Of a stretch of DNA of 64,000 nucleotides, positions 44,549 to 54,581 are shown in pieces. Position 1 is the first letter of the stretch. The number at the start of each line of letters is the position of its first letter. The translations under genes and the position numbers were made by a program. The notes under the pieces are model-generated. The model did not search any database. It was not told the DNA's origin and saw only the letters and a list, made by a program, of their open reading frames with translations. Source of the DNA: Longimicrobiales bacterium (GTDB lineage: Bacteria > Gemmatimonadota > Gemmatimonadetes > Longimicrobiales > Gaopeijiaceae); NCBI GenBank assembly GCA_041690395.1, contig JAWLHJ010000002.1, positions 420,707-484,706 on the forward strand. Direction: 5' to 3'.

Positions 44549-45883
44549 TCACCCTCCGTCGAACAGGCGAGCGACCGCGGCGCGGTCGACCTTCCCGTTG
44601 GCGTTCCGGGGGAGGCTGTCCGCCACCTTCCACATCTTGGGGCGCTTGGGTCCGCCCACGCGCGCGCGCACGAAGTCCTCCACCTCGGCGAGGTCGAACG
44701 AGTCCCAGACCGGCACGAGCGCGGCCGCCACGGTCTCGCCCCACTCACGGCTGGGAAGCCCCACCACGGCCGCGTCCCTCACGGCGGGGTGCGCCCGCAG
44801 CAGGTCTTCCACCTCGGCGGGATCGACGTTCACGCCTCCCGAGATGATCCGCTCGGACCGGCGTCCGGTGATCCAGAGTAGCCCTTCGTCGTCGAGCGAG
44901 CCCAGGTCGCCGGTGTGATACCATCCGTCTTCGTCCACGAGGGCGGGCGCCCCGTCGGATCCGACGTACCCGAGCGCCCGGGTCGGCCCGCGCACGAGTA
45001 GCTCGCCGTCGTCGGAGAACTCCACCTCGACGCCCGGGAGCGGCGCCCCGACCGTGCCGGGTCGCGAGCGGGTCAGGGCGGGGGGTGCCGTGGCGACCTG
45101 TGACCACATCTCGGTCATGCCGTACGTGAGGGACACGGGCCACCCTGCGTCGACGGCCCGGTGGACCAGGTCGCCCGGGGCATGCGCGCCACCGATGAGG
45201 ACACAGCGGAGCGCCGGTGGGGCCGGGTCGGCGCCCCACGCGGCCAGGAGGCGGTCGAGCTGCGTCGGCACGAGCGAGAGGTGCGTGACGGACGGACGGT
45301 GCGCGTCGGTGTCGCGCCTGCGGAGCAGACGGACCAGCCCGTGCGTGTCGATGGGGCCGTGGGCCACCAGGGCCGCCCCGGTCAGCACGGCGCGTGCGAC
45401 GAGCGCCAGCCCGCCCACGTGCGCCGGAGAGAGGGACGCGAGCCAGACCTCCGAGCCATCCAACTCCAGGCGCTCGCTCACGGCGCGCACGTGGGCCTCG
45501 AGTCCGGCCCGGCCGAGCGCCACCCCTCTGGGGCTCCCCGACGTGCCCGACGTCCAGAGCACGGCCTGGGCGCCCCCGGGCGCGCGGTCTAGCCGCGAAA
45601 CGGCGGCCGCGCGCTCGCGCTCGGTGAGCCGGGCGTTGAGCGGAGCCGGCACTGCGCCGAGCCGCCAGAGCGCCAGGAGCGTCAGGACGCCGTCGAGGTC
45701 CGCTTCGAGCACGACCGGGTGGAGGCTCGCCTCCGCCACGCCGCCGGCCCGAAGCGCTTCCGCACGCGCCGTCACGGCCCTGTCGAGCTCGGCCCGCCCG
45801 AGCGACGCGCCCCCGCCCGACACCGCGAGGCCGTCCGGGTCCCTGCCCTCCAGCGCGGCGGCCGCGACGTCGAGCGGGCTCAT
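44549..45883 (-). CDS. menE: o-succinylbenzoate--CoA ligase
   Basis: WTSGTSGSPRG, HVGG, SLVPTQL, TYGMTE, TGDLG, ISGGVN, NANGK; lies in men cluster. Confidence 0.9.
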   Translation of the reverse strand: MSPLDVAAAALEGRDPDGLAVSGGGASLGRAELDRAVTARAEALRAGGVAEASLHPVVLEADLDGVLTLLALWRLGAVPAPLNARLTERERAAAVSRLDRAPGGAQAVLWTSGTSGSPRGVALGRAGLEAHVRAVSERLELDGSEVWLASLSPAHVGGLALVARAVLTGAALVAHGPIDTHGLVRLLRRRDTDAHRPSVTHLSLVPTQLDRLLAAWGADPAPPALRCVLIGGAHAPGDLVHRAVDAGWPVSLTYGMTEMWSQVATAPPALTRSRPGTVGAPLPGVEVEFSDDGELLVRGPTRALGYVGSDGAPALVDEDGWYHTGDLGSLDDEGLLWITGRRSERIISGGVNVDPAEVEDLLRAHPAVRDAAVVGLPSREWGETVAAALVPVWDSFDLAEVEDFVRARVGGPKRPKMWKVADSLPRNANGKVDRAAVARLFDGG

Positions 45884-46776
45884 CCCGCGGCAAAGCCGAT
45901 GGCGAGCAGCCCCCCGTACAGGGCTACCACCCGCGCCGTCTGCCCCAGGGTCGGGAGGAGCTCGGCGGGCTCCCGGTACGTGAAGACCGTCCTGGCAGGC
46001 CGCGCGGCGGCGGCGATCGCGAGCACCGCCAGGAACGCGGCGGGCGGCCAGCCGAGGAGCACGACCCCGACCGGCGGGACCACGAGTGCCGCCGCGAGCA
46101 GCAGGGCGTATTCGACCCTGCTCCACACCGGCCCGATCCGCACGGCGAGGGTGCGCTTTCCCGCGCGGGCGTCCGTGGGAAGGTCGCGCAGATTGTTCAC
46201 GACCAGGATGGCGGTGCTCAACGCCCCGAGCCCCACCCCGGCGAGCAGGGCGTCCGGCGGCCACGCCAGCGCCTGCACCCAGTACGTCCCGCCCACGGCG
46301 ACCAGACCGAAAAAGACGAAGACGAAGACGTCGCCCAGACCGTGGTACGCCAGCGGGTACGGGCCGCCCGTGTACAGCACCGCGCAGGCCACGGAAGCCA
46401 CGCCGATGGCGAAGATCGGCCATCCGCCGACGGCGACGAGATACACGCCCACGAGCACGGCGAGCCCCAGGACGACGATCATGCCGCGCCTCACCGCCTC
46501 GGGCCGCAGGATACCCGCCTGGGTGACCCGCACGGGTCCCACGCGCTCCTCGGTGTCCGTCCCCCGCACGAAGTCGTAGTAGTCGTTCGCGAAGTTGGTG
46601 CCGATCTGGATCAGGGCCGCGCCGAACAGCGCCCCGAGCGCCGGACCGACGTTGGCTACCCCGTGATGGGCGGCCAGGCCGGTCCCGGCCAACACCGGCG
46701 CCAGGGCCGCGGTGAGCGTCTTCGGGCGCGCCGCGAGGAGCCATGCACGCGCCCGGGAGATCGGCGCGCCGCTCAC
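45880..46776 (-). CDS. menA: 1,4-dihydroxy-2-naphthoate polyprenyltransferase
   Basis: AARPKTL, NFANDYYDF, YTGGPYP, NNLRD...D...GKRTLAV. Confidence 0.96.
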   Translation of the reverse strand: MSGAPISRARAWLLAARPKTLTAALAPVLAGTGLAAHHGVANVGPALGALFGAALIQIGTNFANDYYDFVRGTDTEERVGPVRVTQAGILRPEAVRRGMIVVLGLAVLVGVYLVAVGGWPIFAIGVASVACAVLYTGGPYPLAYHGLGDVFVFVFFGLVAVGGTYWVQALAWPPDALLAGVGLGALSTAILVVNNLRDLPTDARAGKRTLAVRIGPVWSRVEYALLLAAALVVPPVGVVLLGWPPAAFLAVLAIAAAARPARTVFTYREPAELLPTLGQTARVVALYGGLLAIGFAAG

Positions 46777-46825
46777 CGGCCGGCCGGCCCCGTCGGGGAA
46801 GGGTCCGGGACCGGCCGGCGGTGCA

Positions 46826-47665
46826 TCACCAGGGAAGCCACTTGAACTTGCGGAAGTCCGGCTTGCGCTTCTCGACGTAGGCGTTCCGTCCCTCCTGCCC
46901 CTGCTCGGTCATATAGAAGAGGAGCGTGGCGTTGCCGGCGAGCTCCTGCAGACCGGCCTGGCCGTCCACGTCGGCATTGAAGGCGCTCTTCATGAGCCGG
47001 ATCGCGAGCGGGCTCTTGTCGAGGATCTCCTGGGCCCACTGCCACCCCTCGGCTTCGAGCTCCTCGATGGGAACCACCTTGTTCACCATCCCCATCTCGT
47101 AGGCTTCCTCCGCAGTGTACTGCCGACAGAGGTACCAGATCTCGCGGGCGCGCTTCTGTCCAACCTGGCGCGCGAGGTACGAGGCGCCGAAGCCGCCATC
47201 GAACGACCCCACGACCGGGCCGGTCTGGCCGAACTTCGCTCCCGCCGCCGCGATCGTCATATCGCAGATGACATGGAGGACGTGCCCTCCCCCGATGGCG
47301 AAGCCCGGAACGAGCGCGATCACCGGCTTCGGCATCGAGCGGATGTAGCGCTGCAGCTCCAGCACGTTCAGACGGGGCACTCCGCTCTTCCCCACGTAGC
47401 CGGCCTCGCCGCGGACCTTCTGGTCGCCGCCCGAGCAGAACGCCCACTTGCCGTCCTTCGCGGGCCCGTTCCCGGTGAGCAGCACCACACCGATGTCGGT
47501 GTCCTCGCCGGCATCCCGGAAGGCCTCCTGCATCTCCAGCAGCGTATCCGGACGGAAGGCGTTGCGCACCTCGGGCCTGTTGAAGGCGATCCGTGCCACG
47601 CCGTCGCACTTGTGGTAGGTGATGTCTTCGTAGGACCGGACTTCCTTCCAGTCGGGCTTGCTCAT
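46826..47665 (-). CDS. menB: 1,4-dihydroxy-2-naphthoyl-CoA synthase
   Basis: [33 protein letters not shown]. Confidence 0.98.
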   Translation of the reverse strand: MSKPDWKEVRSYEDITYHKCDGVARIAFNRPEVRNAFRPDTLLEMQEAFRDAGEDTDIGVVLLTGNGPAKDGKWAFCSGGDQKVRGEAGYVGKSGVPRLNVLELQRYIRSMPKPVIALVPGFAIGGGHVLHVICDMTIAAAGAKFGQTGPVVGSFDGGFGASYLARQVGQKRAREIWYLCRQYTAEEAYEMGMVNKVVPIEELEAEGWQWAQEILDKSPLAIRLMKSAFNADVDGQAGLQELAGNATLLFYMTEQGQEGRNAYVEKRKPDFRKFKWLPW

Positions 47666-49485
47666 TCTGGCAGTTTCTCCTCGAGGGTTGATGAGAGGGT
47701 GGTGGTCACGGCGTCGGTCACGGCCTCCGCCACGGCCGACGCGATCTCGGCGCGCCGGGCTCGGGCGGCGCCCCGGTCCGTAGGGAGCCGGAGCACCGAG
47801 GTACCGCCGCGGCTGGCCGCCTTCGCGACCTCGCCCTCGAGCGTGGTCGGCGTCACGTCCCGGAACTCGATGCCGTGCAGAGCGGCCGCGTGGCGGAAGT
47901 CGAGGCCGTGCGGCGTCGCGAAGAAGGTCGTGAACTCGGGCTCGTGGTCCGAGATCGGGAGCATGTGGAAGATACCCCCGCCGTCGTTGTCGACGAGGAC
48001 GAAGACCACGGCGAGGTCGGCCTCACGGCTCCACAGCAGGCCGTTCTGGTCGTGGAAGAGCGCGAGATCACCCAACACGCACACGACCGGGCGCCCCAGC
48101 CCCGCCGACACACCGAATGCCGTCGACACGATGCCGTCGATGCCGCTCGCGCCCCGGTTGCCGAGCACCGCCCAGCTCCGCTCGTCGGGCACGCCGAACA
48201 CGTCCAGGTCCCGCACGGGCATGGAGCTCGACACGAACACGGCGGCCTCCGGAAGGGCCCCCGCCAGCCGGCGCCACAGCGCGCCCTCATGGGTGGGCGC
48301 GGGGTCCTCGTCGGCTTCGGCGAGCACGCGGCGGGCTGCCCCGTCCGCGGCGCGCCAGAGCCCCGTCCACCCGGCGTGGCCGGAGTCACGGCCGCGCGCC
48401 CGGCCCATCCCGAGCGCGTCCCCGACGAGCTCGAGGGCCGCCACCGGGTCTCCGGTCAGGTACTCGGTCACGGTCGCGCCGTGGTCCTTCCATCGGGCTC
48501 CACCGTCGACGACCACGTAGGGCGTGCCGTTCTGCTCCACGAGCCAGTCCTGGAGCACCGCCGACGTGGGCGAGCTGCCGACCCGCACGATCATCTCGGG
48601 CGCGAGGGCGGCCCGGGCCGCGGGGGCCCTGAGCAGGAAGTCGTAGGCGGCAACCCGCAGCGCACCGTGGTCCGGCCCGAAGCGGGCGCCCGAAAGTGGG
48701 TCCGCGAGGACCGGGAAGCCCACGCGCGCCGCGAACCGCAGCACGGCCGGCCCGATACGATCGGGGTCCGAGGACGGGCCGGCAACGACCAGCCCTCGCC
48801 CCCCGGAGCACAGCTCGGCCAGCCGCGCCACCGGGTCGGCGGCCGGGGCCGCACCCTGCCGCGACACCGCGGTGAACGGGCGCCCGTCGGGCCGTCCCCG
48901 AACGGCCAGCGGATGCTCGGCCGCGAGCGCATCGATGCCGTCCTCGATGGGTTCGAGCGGCTTGTCGAACGGGAAGTTCACGTGGACTGCCCCCGCCGGC
49001 GGCCCGCTCGCCACGTCGACCGCCCGGCACGCCATCTGGCGGAGATGCCGCAGCTCCGGCCCGGTCGCGGCGGAAGGACCGGCCTCGAAGAACGCCCGCG
49101 CGTAGGTCCCGAAGAGGCGGCTCTGGTCGATCGCCTGGTTGGCGTCGGAGCCCCTCAGTCGAGGCGGCCGATCGGCCGTCAGCACGAGCAGCGGGGTCTC
49201 CGCCTGGTTCGCCTCGACGACGGCCGGGAACAGGTTCGCCACCGCCGAGCCGGAGGTCGTCACGACCGCCGCCGGGACGCCTGTCGCCTTCCCCACGCCG
49301 AGCGCGAAGAACGCGGCCGACCGCTCGTCGAGGTGCACCCGCATACGGAACCGTCCGTCGCGCGCGAAGGCCATGACCAGCGGCGTCGATCGCGATCCCG
49401 GCGCGACCGCGATCTCCCTCACCCCCGAGCGCGCGAGCTCGTCGACCCAGGCACGCGCCCAGAGGGTGTTGGCCGGCCCGCTCAC
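47662..49485 (-). CDS. menD: SEPHCHC synthase
   Basis: [52 protein letters not shown] start overlaps menF stop. Confidence 0.97.
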   Translation of the reverse strand: MSGPANTLWARAWVDELARSGVREIAVAPGSRSTPLVMAFARDGRFRMRVHLDERSAAFFALGVGKATGVPAAVVTTSGSAVANLFPAVVEANQAETPLLVLTADRPPRLRGSDANQAIDQSRLFGTYARAFFEAGPSAATGPELRHLRQMACRAVDVASGPPAGAVHVNFPFDKPLEPIEDGIDALAAEHPLAVRGRPDGRPFTAVSRQGAAPAADPVARLAELCSGGRGLVVAGPSSDPDRIGPAVLRFAARVGFPVLADPLSGARFGPDHGALRVAAYDFLLRAPAARAALAPEMIVRVGSSPTSAVLQDWLVEQNGTPYVVVDGGARWKDHGATVTEYLTGDPVAALELVGDALGMGRARGRDSGHAGWTGLWRAADGAARRVLAEADEDPAPTHEGALWRRLAGALPEAAVFVSSSMPVRDLDVFGVPDERSWAVLGNRGASGIDGIVSTAFGVSAGLGRPVVCVLGDLALFHDQNGLLWSREADLAVVFVLVDNDGGGIFHMLPISDHEPEFTTFFATPHGLDFRHAAALHGIEFRDVTPTTLEGEVAKAASRGGTSVLRLPTDRGAARARRAEIASAVAEAVTDAVTTTLSSTLEEKLPE

Positions 49486-50933
49486 GTCCGCTCCCGCCCG
49501 GCCTCGGCGCCGACGGACGACGACCTCTCGGCCGAATCGCCCCTCGCGCCACCGCCCGCGCCCTGGAGCCCGTCGTCGGGAAGGCGTGCGCCGCCCGCCA
49601 CGAGCGCCTCGAGCATCGGCTCGAACTTGATCCCCGTCTCCTCCCACTCCGAGGCCGGCACCGAGCCTTCCACGATGCCGGCGCCGGCGAACAGACTCCA
49701 ATGGCTTCCGCGCGCGACGCCCGTCCTCAGCGCAGGTGCGAACACGCCGTTCCCCTCGGCGTCGAACCAGCCGACCGGGCCGGCGTACCACCCGCGCTCG
49801 AATGGCTCACCCGCGGCGAGGACGTCGAGGGCGGCGTCGCGCGGGAGACCGCACACCGCGGGCGTGGGATGCAGGATGCGGAGGAGATCGAGCACGCCGA
49901 CGCCGGCCGGCACGCTGGCCCGGATCTCGGTCTCGAGGTGTTGGATGCGGGCGAGGGTCAGCACGTGCGGCTGGGGGTCCGAGCGGATCTGCTGCGCCAC
50001 GGTCGACAGTCGGGCGATCATGTCGTCCAGGGCGATCCGTTGCTCCGCCCGGTCCTTGTCGCTGGCCAGGAGCTTCGCGGCGAGCTCCGCCTGCTCGCGC
50101 GGCCCCCGCCCCCGCCGGATCGATCCGGCCACCGCGGTCGCGTGGAAGACGCCGTCGCGCAGCGTGGCCACGGTCTCGGGAGCGGCCCCGACCAGCGCCG
50201 CGTCGATCTCGGGCTCGAAGAGGAAGACATGGCTGCCACGGTTGGCCAACCAGAGGTGGAGCACGACGTCGACCGGGTCGATGCGACGGTCGAGCGTGAC
50301 CGACAGCGTGCGGGCGAGTACCGCCTTGGAGATCCGACCTTCCCGGATGGCGGCCAGGCAACCCTCGACGGCTTCCTCCCACCGCGCCCGCTCGCCGGTT
50401 TCGACCGTGCCCGGCACCGCCGGCCCTTCCCGCGACGGAGCCTCCCCGCTCGACGTCAGCTCGGCACGGGCGGCCTCGGCCAGATGTCGCAGCCGCGCCA
50501 GCGTATCGCCCTCACGCCCGGGCTCGGTCCTCGCTCGCGCTCTCAGCCAGGCGTCGCCGGACGCGTCACCCTCGAGCTCCAGCTCGGGAACCACGAACCG
50601 GGCACGGGAGAATCCCGCCCACGCGCCGTCCGCGACGTGTCCGTCCCGGAAGGAGAAGCCACCGTAGAAGCGGACGCGGGGAGCTCGTGTGGTGCCCGGC
50701 GCCAGGACGGGGTTCTCTGCGAGCGCACGGGCGCGCCTCGCGACGTCGGCGAAGCGGTCGTCGCCGGAAGGCACGCCGTCGACGACGATCTCCGCGGCAA
50801 CGCCCCGGTGGGCGACCCAACGGTCACCCCGAGCCCAGAAACCTCGCCGCGCCGCGGGCAACTGGCCGAGGAACGCGTCGGGGCGCAGATCGGGTGCGGG
50901 AATCGTGACGGTCGCGAGACGCTGGCTGTCCAT
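49482..50933 (-). CDS. menF: Isochorismate synthase
   Basis: KAVLAR, GAAPE, AVAGS, LHPTPAVCG, RGWYAGPVGW, FAGAGIV, EWEET. Confidence 0.93.
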   Translation of the reverse strand: MDSQRLATVTIPAPDLRPDAFLGQLPAARRGFWARGDRWVAHRGVAAEIVVDGVPSGDDRFADVARRARALAENPVLAPGTTRAPRVRFYGGFSFRDGHVADGAWAGFSRARFVVPELELEGDASGDAWLRARARTEPGREGDTLARLRHLAEAARAELTSSGEAPSREGPAVPGTVETGERARWEEAVEGCLAAIREGRISKAVLARTLSVTLDRRIDPVDVVLHLWLANRGSHVFLFEPEIDAALVGAAPETVATLRDGVFHATAVAGSIRRGRGPREQAELAAKLLASDKDRAEQRIALDDMIARLSTVAQQIRSDPQPHVLTLARIQHLETEIRASVPAGVGVLDLLRILHPTPAVCGLPRDAALDVLAAGEPFERGWYAGPVGWFDAEGNGVFAPALRTGVARGSHWSLFAGAGIVEGSVPASEWEETGIKFEPMLEALVAGGARLPDDGLQGAGGGARGDSAERSSSVGAEAGRERT

Positions 50934-51057
50934 ATCTCGGCTCACCCGAGCTCCTGGCTATGAAACGCATGCGTGGCGCGCGTGGCGCGTCGCCAATATA
51001 TCAGCCCTCGTCGTAACTTTGGTCGATCGCGCACGTTCACTCGAACCCACCACGCCC

Positions 51058-52002
51058 ATGAACCGTCATGTCCCGAGTGTCGCCACGGCGCTCATGATCC
51101 TCCTGTCCGCGGGATGCGCCGGGGACGGCGACGAGTCCGACGCGCCCGGAGGGAGCGGAGCGGCGGAGGCGCCGACGTTCCCCCTCGACGCGGACATCTG
51201 GGTGGCGGAGCTGGGATCGGCCGGCGGCACCGTGTCGATCGGGGCCGTGAGAGAGGCCATCCACCGTCAGGGATACGACAACCAGCCGTTCTTCACGCCG
51301 GACGGGTCCGCCTTCTGGTTCACCGCACTCGACGAGCACTCCGGCCAGACCGACATCTTCCGCTGGGGCTTCGACGGAGCCTTCGAGCAGATCACGAACA
51401 GCGCGCCCGAGAGCGAGTACTCGGCCACGCCGATCCCGGACGGGTCGGGGCTCTCCGTGATCCGCGTCGAGGCGGACTCCACCCAGCGGCTGTGGAAGAT
51501 TCCGTTCGACGGGTCCGAGCCGACGGTCATCCTCCCCGACGTCGCGCCCGCGGGCTACCACGCCTGGGCGAGCCCGGACACGATCGCGCTCTTCGTGCTC
51601 GGCGATCCGCCGACGCTCCGGGTGGCGGACGTGCAGACCGGCTCGGCACGCATCGTCGCCGAAGGCATCGGACGGTCGATCCGCACGATCCCGGGGGAGC
51701 ATGCCGTGAGCTTCGTTCGGACCCCGGGGGACGGCCCGGCCATGCTGACGCGCTGGGACACGGACGGCACGCTGACCCCGCTCGTCGCGACCGTCGGGGG
51801 CGGCGACTTCCACGCCTGGACGCCCGACGGGACCGTGCTGATGGCCCGAGGCGCCGAGATCCATGCGTGGCGCCCGGGTGACGAGGGCTGGACGCTGGTC
51901 GCGGACCTCTCCGAGCACAACGTGCGCCTGACGCGCCTCGCGGTCAGCCCGGACGGGCGCCACATTGCCATGGTGGTCGAGCCCGGGGACGTGACGCTCT
52001 AG
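51058..52002 (+). CDS. TolB-like (PD40) beta-propeller lipoprotein
   Basis: Lipobox SAGC; YDNQPFFTPDG, ESEYSATP, AVSPDGRHIA. Confidence 0.8.
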   Translation: MNRHVPSVATALMILLSAGCAGDGDESDAPGGSGAAEAPTFPLDADIWVAELGSAGGTVSIGAVREAIHRQGYDNQPFFTPDGSAFWFTALDEHSGQTDIFRWGFDGAFEQITNSAPESEYSATPIPDGSGLSVIRVEADSTQRLWKIPFDGSEPTVILPDVAPAGYHAWASPDTIALFVLGDPPTLRVADVQTGSARIVAEGIGRSIRTIPGEHAVSFVRTPGDGPAMLTRWDTDGTLTPLVATVGGGDFHAWTPDGTVLMARGAEIHAWRPGDEGWTLVADLSEHNVRLTRLAVSPDGRHIAMVVEPGDVTL

Positions 52003-52053
52003 CACTCGAGCCCGCCGACCGCCACCGGAACAGAAACCACCACGGGACCGCAC

Positions 52054-54099
52054 ATGCTCCGCACCACCTTCATCGCCGCGCTCACGCTGGCGGCCACCGC
52101 GCCGCTCGCACCCCTCCGCGCCCAGACGCCGCCCGCTTCGGAGCTCCGCATCGAGGCGAGCGTGGACCGGATCGCCGTCGAGACCGGGCAGCGCGCACCG
52201 TTCTCCGCCCGGGTGCTCGACGGGCGGGGCGGAGAAGTGGACCTGCCCCTGCGCATCGTCGGTCCCCGCTCGGCCGTGGAGATCGAGGAGGGATGGGTCA
52301 CCGGGGTGACGCCGGGCGATCACGAGCTCTTCGTGACCGCCGTGCTCCCCGCCGGCGCGGGCGAGCCGCCGAGCCTTACGGTCCCCGTCACGGTGACGTG
52401 GCCCGCGGTCACGCGCATCGAGGTCGAGCCGGAGTCCGGCGAGCTCTACGTCGGGACCACCCTGGCGCACGCGGCGGAAGCTCGCCACGCGGACGGGACC
52501 GAGCGGCCCGACGCCCCGGTCGAGTGGCGCTCCTCGGATCCGTCGGTGGCCACGGTCGACGGCTTCGGCAACGTCACGGGGGTGACCGCGGGCACCGTGG
52601 AGATCACCGCCGCCTTCGAGCGGGGCGAAGCGTCGATCGCGCACACCGTCCGCGCGTTCCCGGCGGCCTCCCTCGCGCTGGAGGGTGGCGTCGAAGAGGC
52701 CCGCACCGGCGACGTGGTGCGCCTCCGCGCCCTGCTGCGCGACGAAAGCGGCACCGTGCTGGACGACGTGCCGGTGACCTGGAGCCACGCGTACACGCCC
52801 ACCGACGGAATGCTCGGCGTCCCGGCGACCGGCCAGATCCGGGACGGCGCGTACGTCGCGGACGTTCCCGGCATCCACACGGTGGTCGCCACGGCCGGCC
52901 CCCTCGCCGCGCGTCACTCGTTCCGGGCCGTCGCCCGCGACGTGGTCCAGGAGGTCGAGGTCACGGGCCACGCGCTCGAGAGCTGGTACCGCACCACCGA
53001 CATCTGGGTGTTCGAGGGCGTCGACGGCCGCGACTACGCCATCACCGGCTCGAAGGTCTCCGGCGGCTACGCGTTCTTCTACGACGTTACGAACCCTGGC
53101 GCCATCGAGAAGATCGACTCGCTCCAGGTCGACGCGCGCACGGTGAACGACGTGAAAGCCTCGCCCGACGGCCGCTACGCGGTGCTCTCCCGCGAGGGCG
53201 CCACCAACCGCCGCGACGGGCTGGTCATCGTCGACATGGCCGACCCGAGGAATCCGGTGGTGGCCTCGATCTTCGACGAGGGGATCACGGGCGGGGTCCA
53301 CAACATGTTCGCCGAGGACGACTACCTCTACGCGCTGTCGAACGGCGACAAGTACGTGATCGTCGACATGTCGGACATCTACGAGCCCCGCTTCGTATCC
53401 GAGTACAACCATCCGAACTCGCGACTCCACGACGTGTGGGTGAACGACGGGCTCGCGTACTCGTCGGAGTGGCAGACGGGCGTCGTGGTCGTGGACGTCG
53501 GCGACGGACGCTGGGGCGGGTCACCGGAGAATCCGGTCTTCGTGACGTCGTACGCCACCCCATCGGGCGCGACCCACGCGGCGTTCCCGTACTTCCAGGA
53601 ATCGACCGGGAAGACGTACCTCTTCCTCGGTGACGAGATCATGCAGCGGCGGGGGCTCGCTTGGGCCGGCTATCCGTCGTCCATGGGGTCCTACTCGAAC
53701 CGGTACGACCCCGAGACGGGCACGGGCGGCATCCCCCTGGTCACCCGCGGATACATCCAGGTCATCGACTTCACCGACCCGGAGAATCCCGAGATGGTCG
53801 CCCGTTACGAGGTGCCGGAGTTCGGGACGCACAACATGTGGGTCGAGGACGACAAGCTCTACCAGGCGTACTACGAGGGCGGACTGAGGGTCGTCGACGT
53901 GAGCGGTGAGCTCATGGGCAACCTGTACACGCAGGGGCGGGAGATCGCCGTGTTCAAATCCGCCTCTCCCGCGGGATACACTCCGAACGCGACCATGGTG
54001 TGGGGCACGATGCCCCACAAGGGTCACATCTTCTTCAGCGATACCAACTCGGGCATCTGGTCCGTGCGGCTGGTGCCGAGGACGCGACCGGTCTCCTGA
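52054..54099 (+). CDS. Secreted Ig-like (Big_2) plus LVIVD-repeat protein
   Basis: WRSSDPSVATVD...GTVEITA; GLVIVD, YVIVD, VVVVD and LRVVD repeats; conserved VHN/LHD/THN His motifs. Confidence 0.85.
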   Translation: MLRTTFIAALTLAATAPLAPLRAQTPPASELRIEASVDRIAVETGQRAPFSARVLDGRGGEVDLPLRIVGPRSAVEIEEGWVTGVTPGDHELFVTAVLPAGAGEPPSLTVPVTVTWPAVTRIEVEPESGELYVGTTLAHAAEARHADGTERPDAPVEWRSSDPSVATVDGFGNVTGVTAGTVEITAAFERGEASIAHTVRAFPAASLALEGGVEEARTGDVVRLRALLRDESGTVLDDVPVTWSHAYTPTDGMLGVPATGQIRDGAYVADVPGIHTVVATAGPLAARHSFRAVARDVVQEVEVTGHALESWYRTTDIWVFEGVDGRDYAITGSKVSGGYAFFYDVTNPGAIEKIDSLQVDARTVNDVKASPDGRYAVLSREGATNRRDGLVIVDMADPRNPVVASIFDEGITGGVHNMFAEDDYLYALSNGDKYVIVDMSDIYEPRFVSEYNHPNSRLHDVWVNDGLAYSSEWQTGVVVVDVGDGRWGGSPENPVFVTSYATPSGATHAAFPYFQESTGKTYLFLGDEIMQRRGLAWAGYPSSMGSYSNRYDPETGTGGIPLVTRGYIQVIDFTDPENPEMVARYEVPEFGTHNMWVEDDKLYQAYYEGGLRVVDVSGELMGNLYTQGREIAVFKSASPAGYTPNATMVWGTMPHKGHIFFSDTNSGIWSVRLVPRTRPVS

Positions 54100-54158
54100 G
54101 CTGCGGGCAGCGCGCGCACCGGCGGCGACGCCGCGGGAACGCGCCCGCGGGGGCGAGG

Positions 54159-54506
54159 TCAGCGCGCCGCCCACTCCTTCCACTCGTCCTCGGCCAGCCC
54201 GACGGTGATGTCCTTCCCGCTGCGCACGAGAGGCATGCGTAGGATGAGGGGCTCGTCGGCGGCGATCTCCATCCAGCGGTCGGCGCCGTAGTGCGCCGCA
54301 TGGAGGCCGAGCGCCTGGAAGCGCTTGCCGTCGCGGTCGATCATCGCGTCGACGCCGAAGCGGTCGAAGAAGCGGCGCAGCTCCCCCTTCGAGGGGGCGC
54401 GCTCCTTGAAATCGACGAAGTGGACATTGATCCTTCGCTCCTTGAAGAAGCGGAGAGCCTTGCGTACCGTGGCGTCGTTCTTCACGCCGAAGATCTGGAC
54501 GTTCAT
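54159..54506 (-). CDS. ArsC/Spx/YffB-family protein lacking cysteine
   Basis: QIFGVK...RKALRFFKER, PSKGEL, PLILRMPLV, TVG. Confidence 0.8.
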   Translation of the reverse strand: MNVQIFGVKNDATVRKALRFFKERRINVHFVDFKERAPSKGELRRFFDRFGVDAMIDRDGKRFQALGLHAAHYGADRWMEIAADEPLILRMPLVRSGKDITVGLAEDEWKEWAAR

Positions 54507-54581
54507 GCGGCCAAGGTAGCCCGCTTTCGCGAACGTTCAACACGTCGCCGAACCCCTTCGGCGACCCGCCAGGGGCGATCC

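Noticed and set aside
47875..50667. Long antisense ORFs (also 30444-32882, 37607-39754, 51037-53430, 17781-19730, 24124-26178)
   Set aside because: Arg/Gly/Pro-rich shadows opposite well-supported genes, expected in high-GC DNA where stop codons are scarce.
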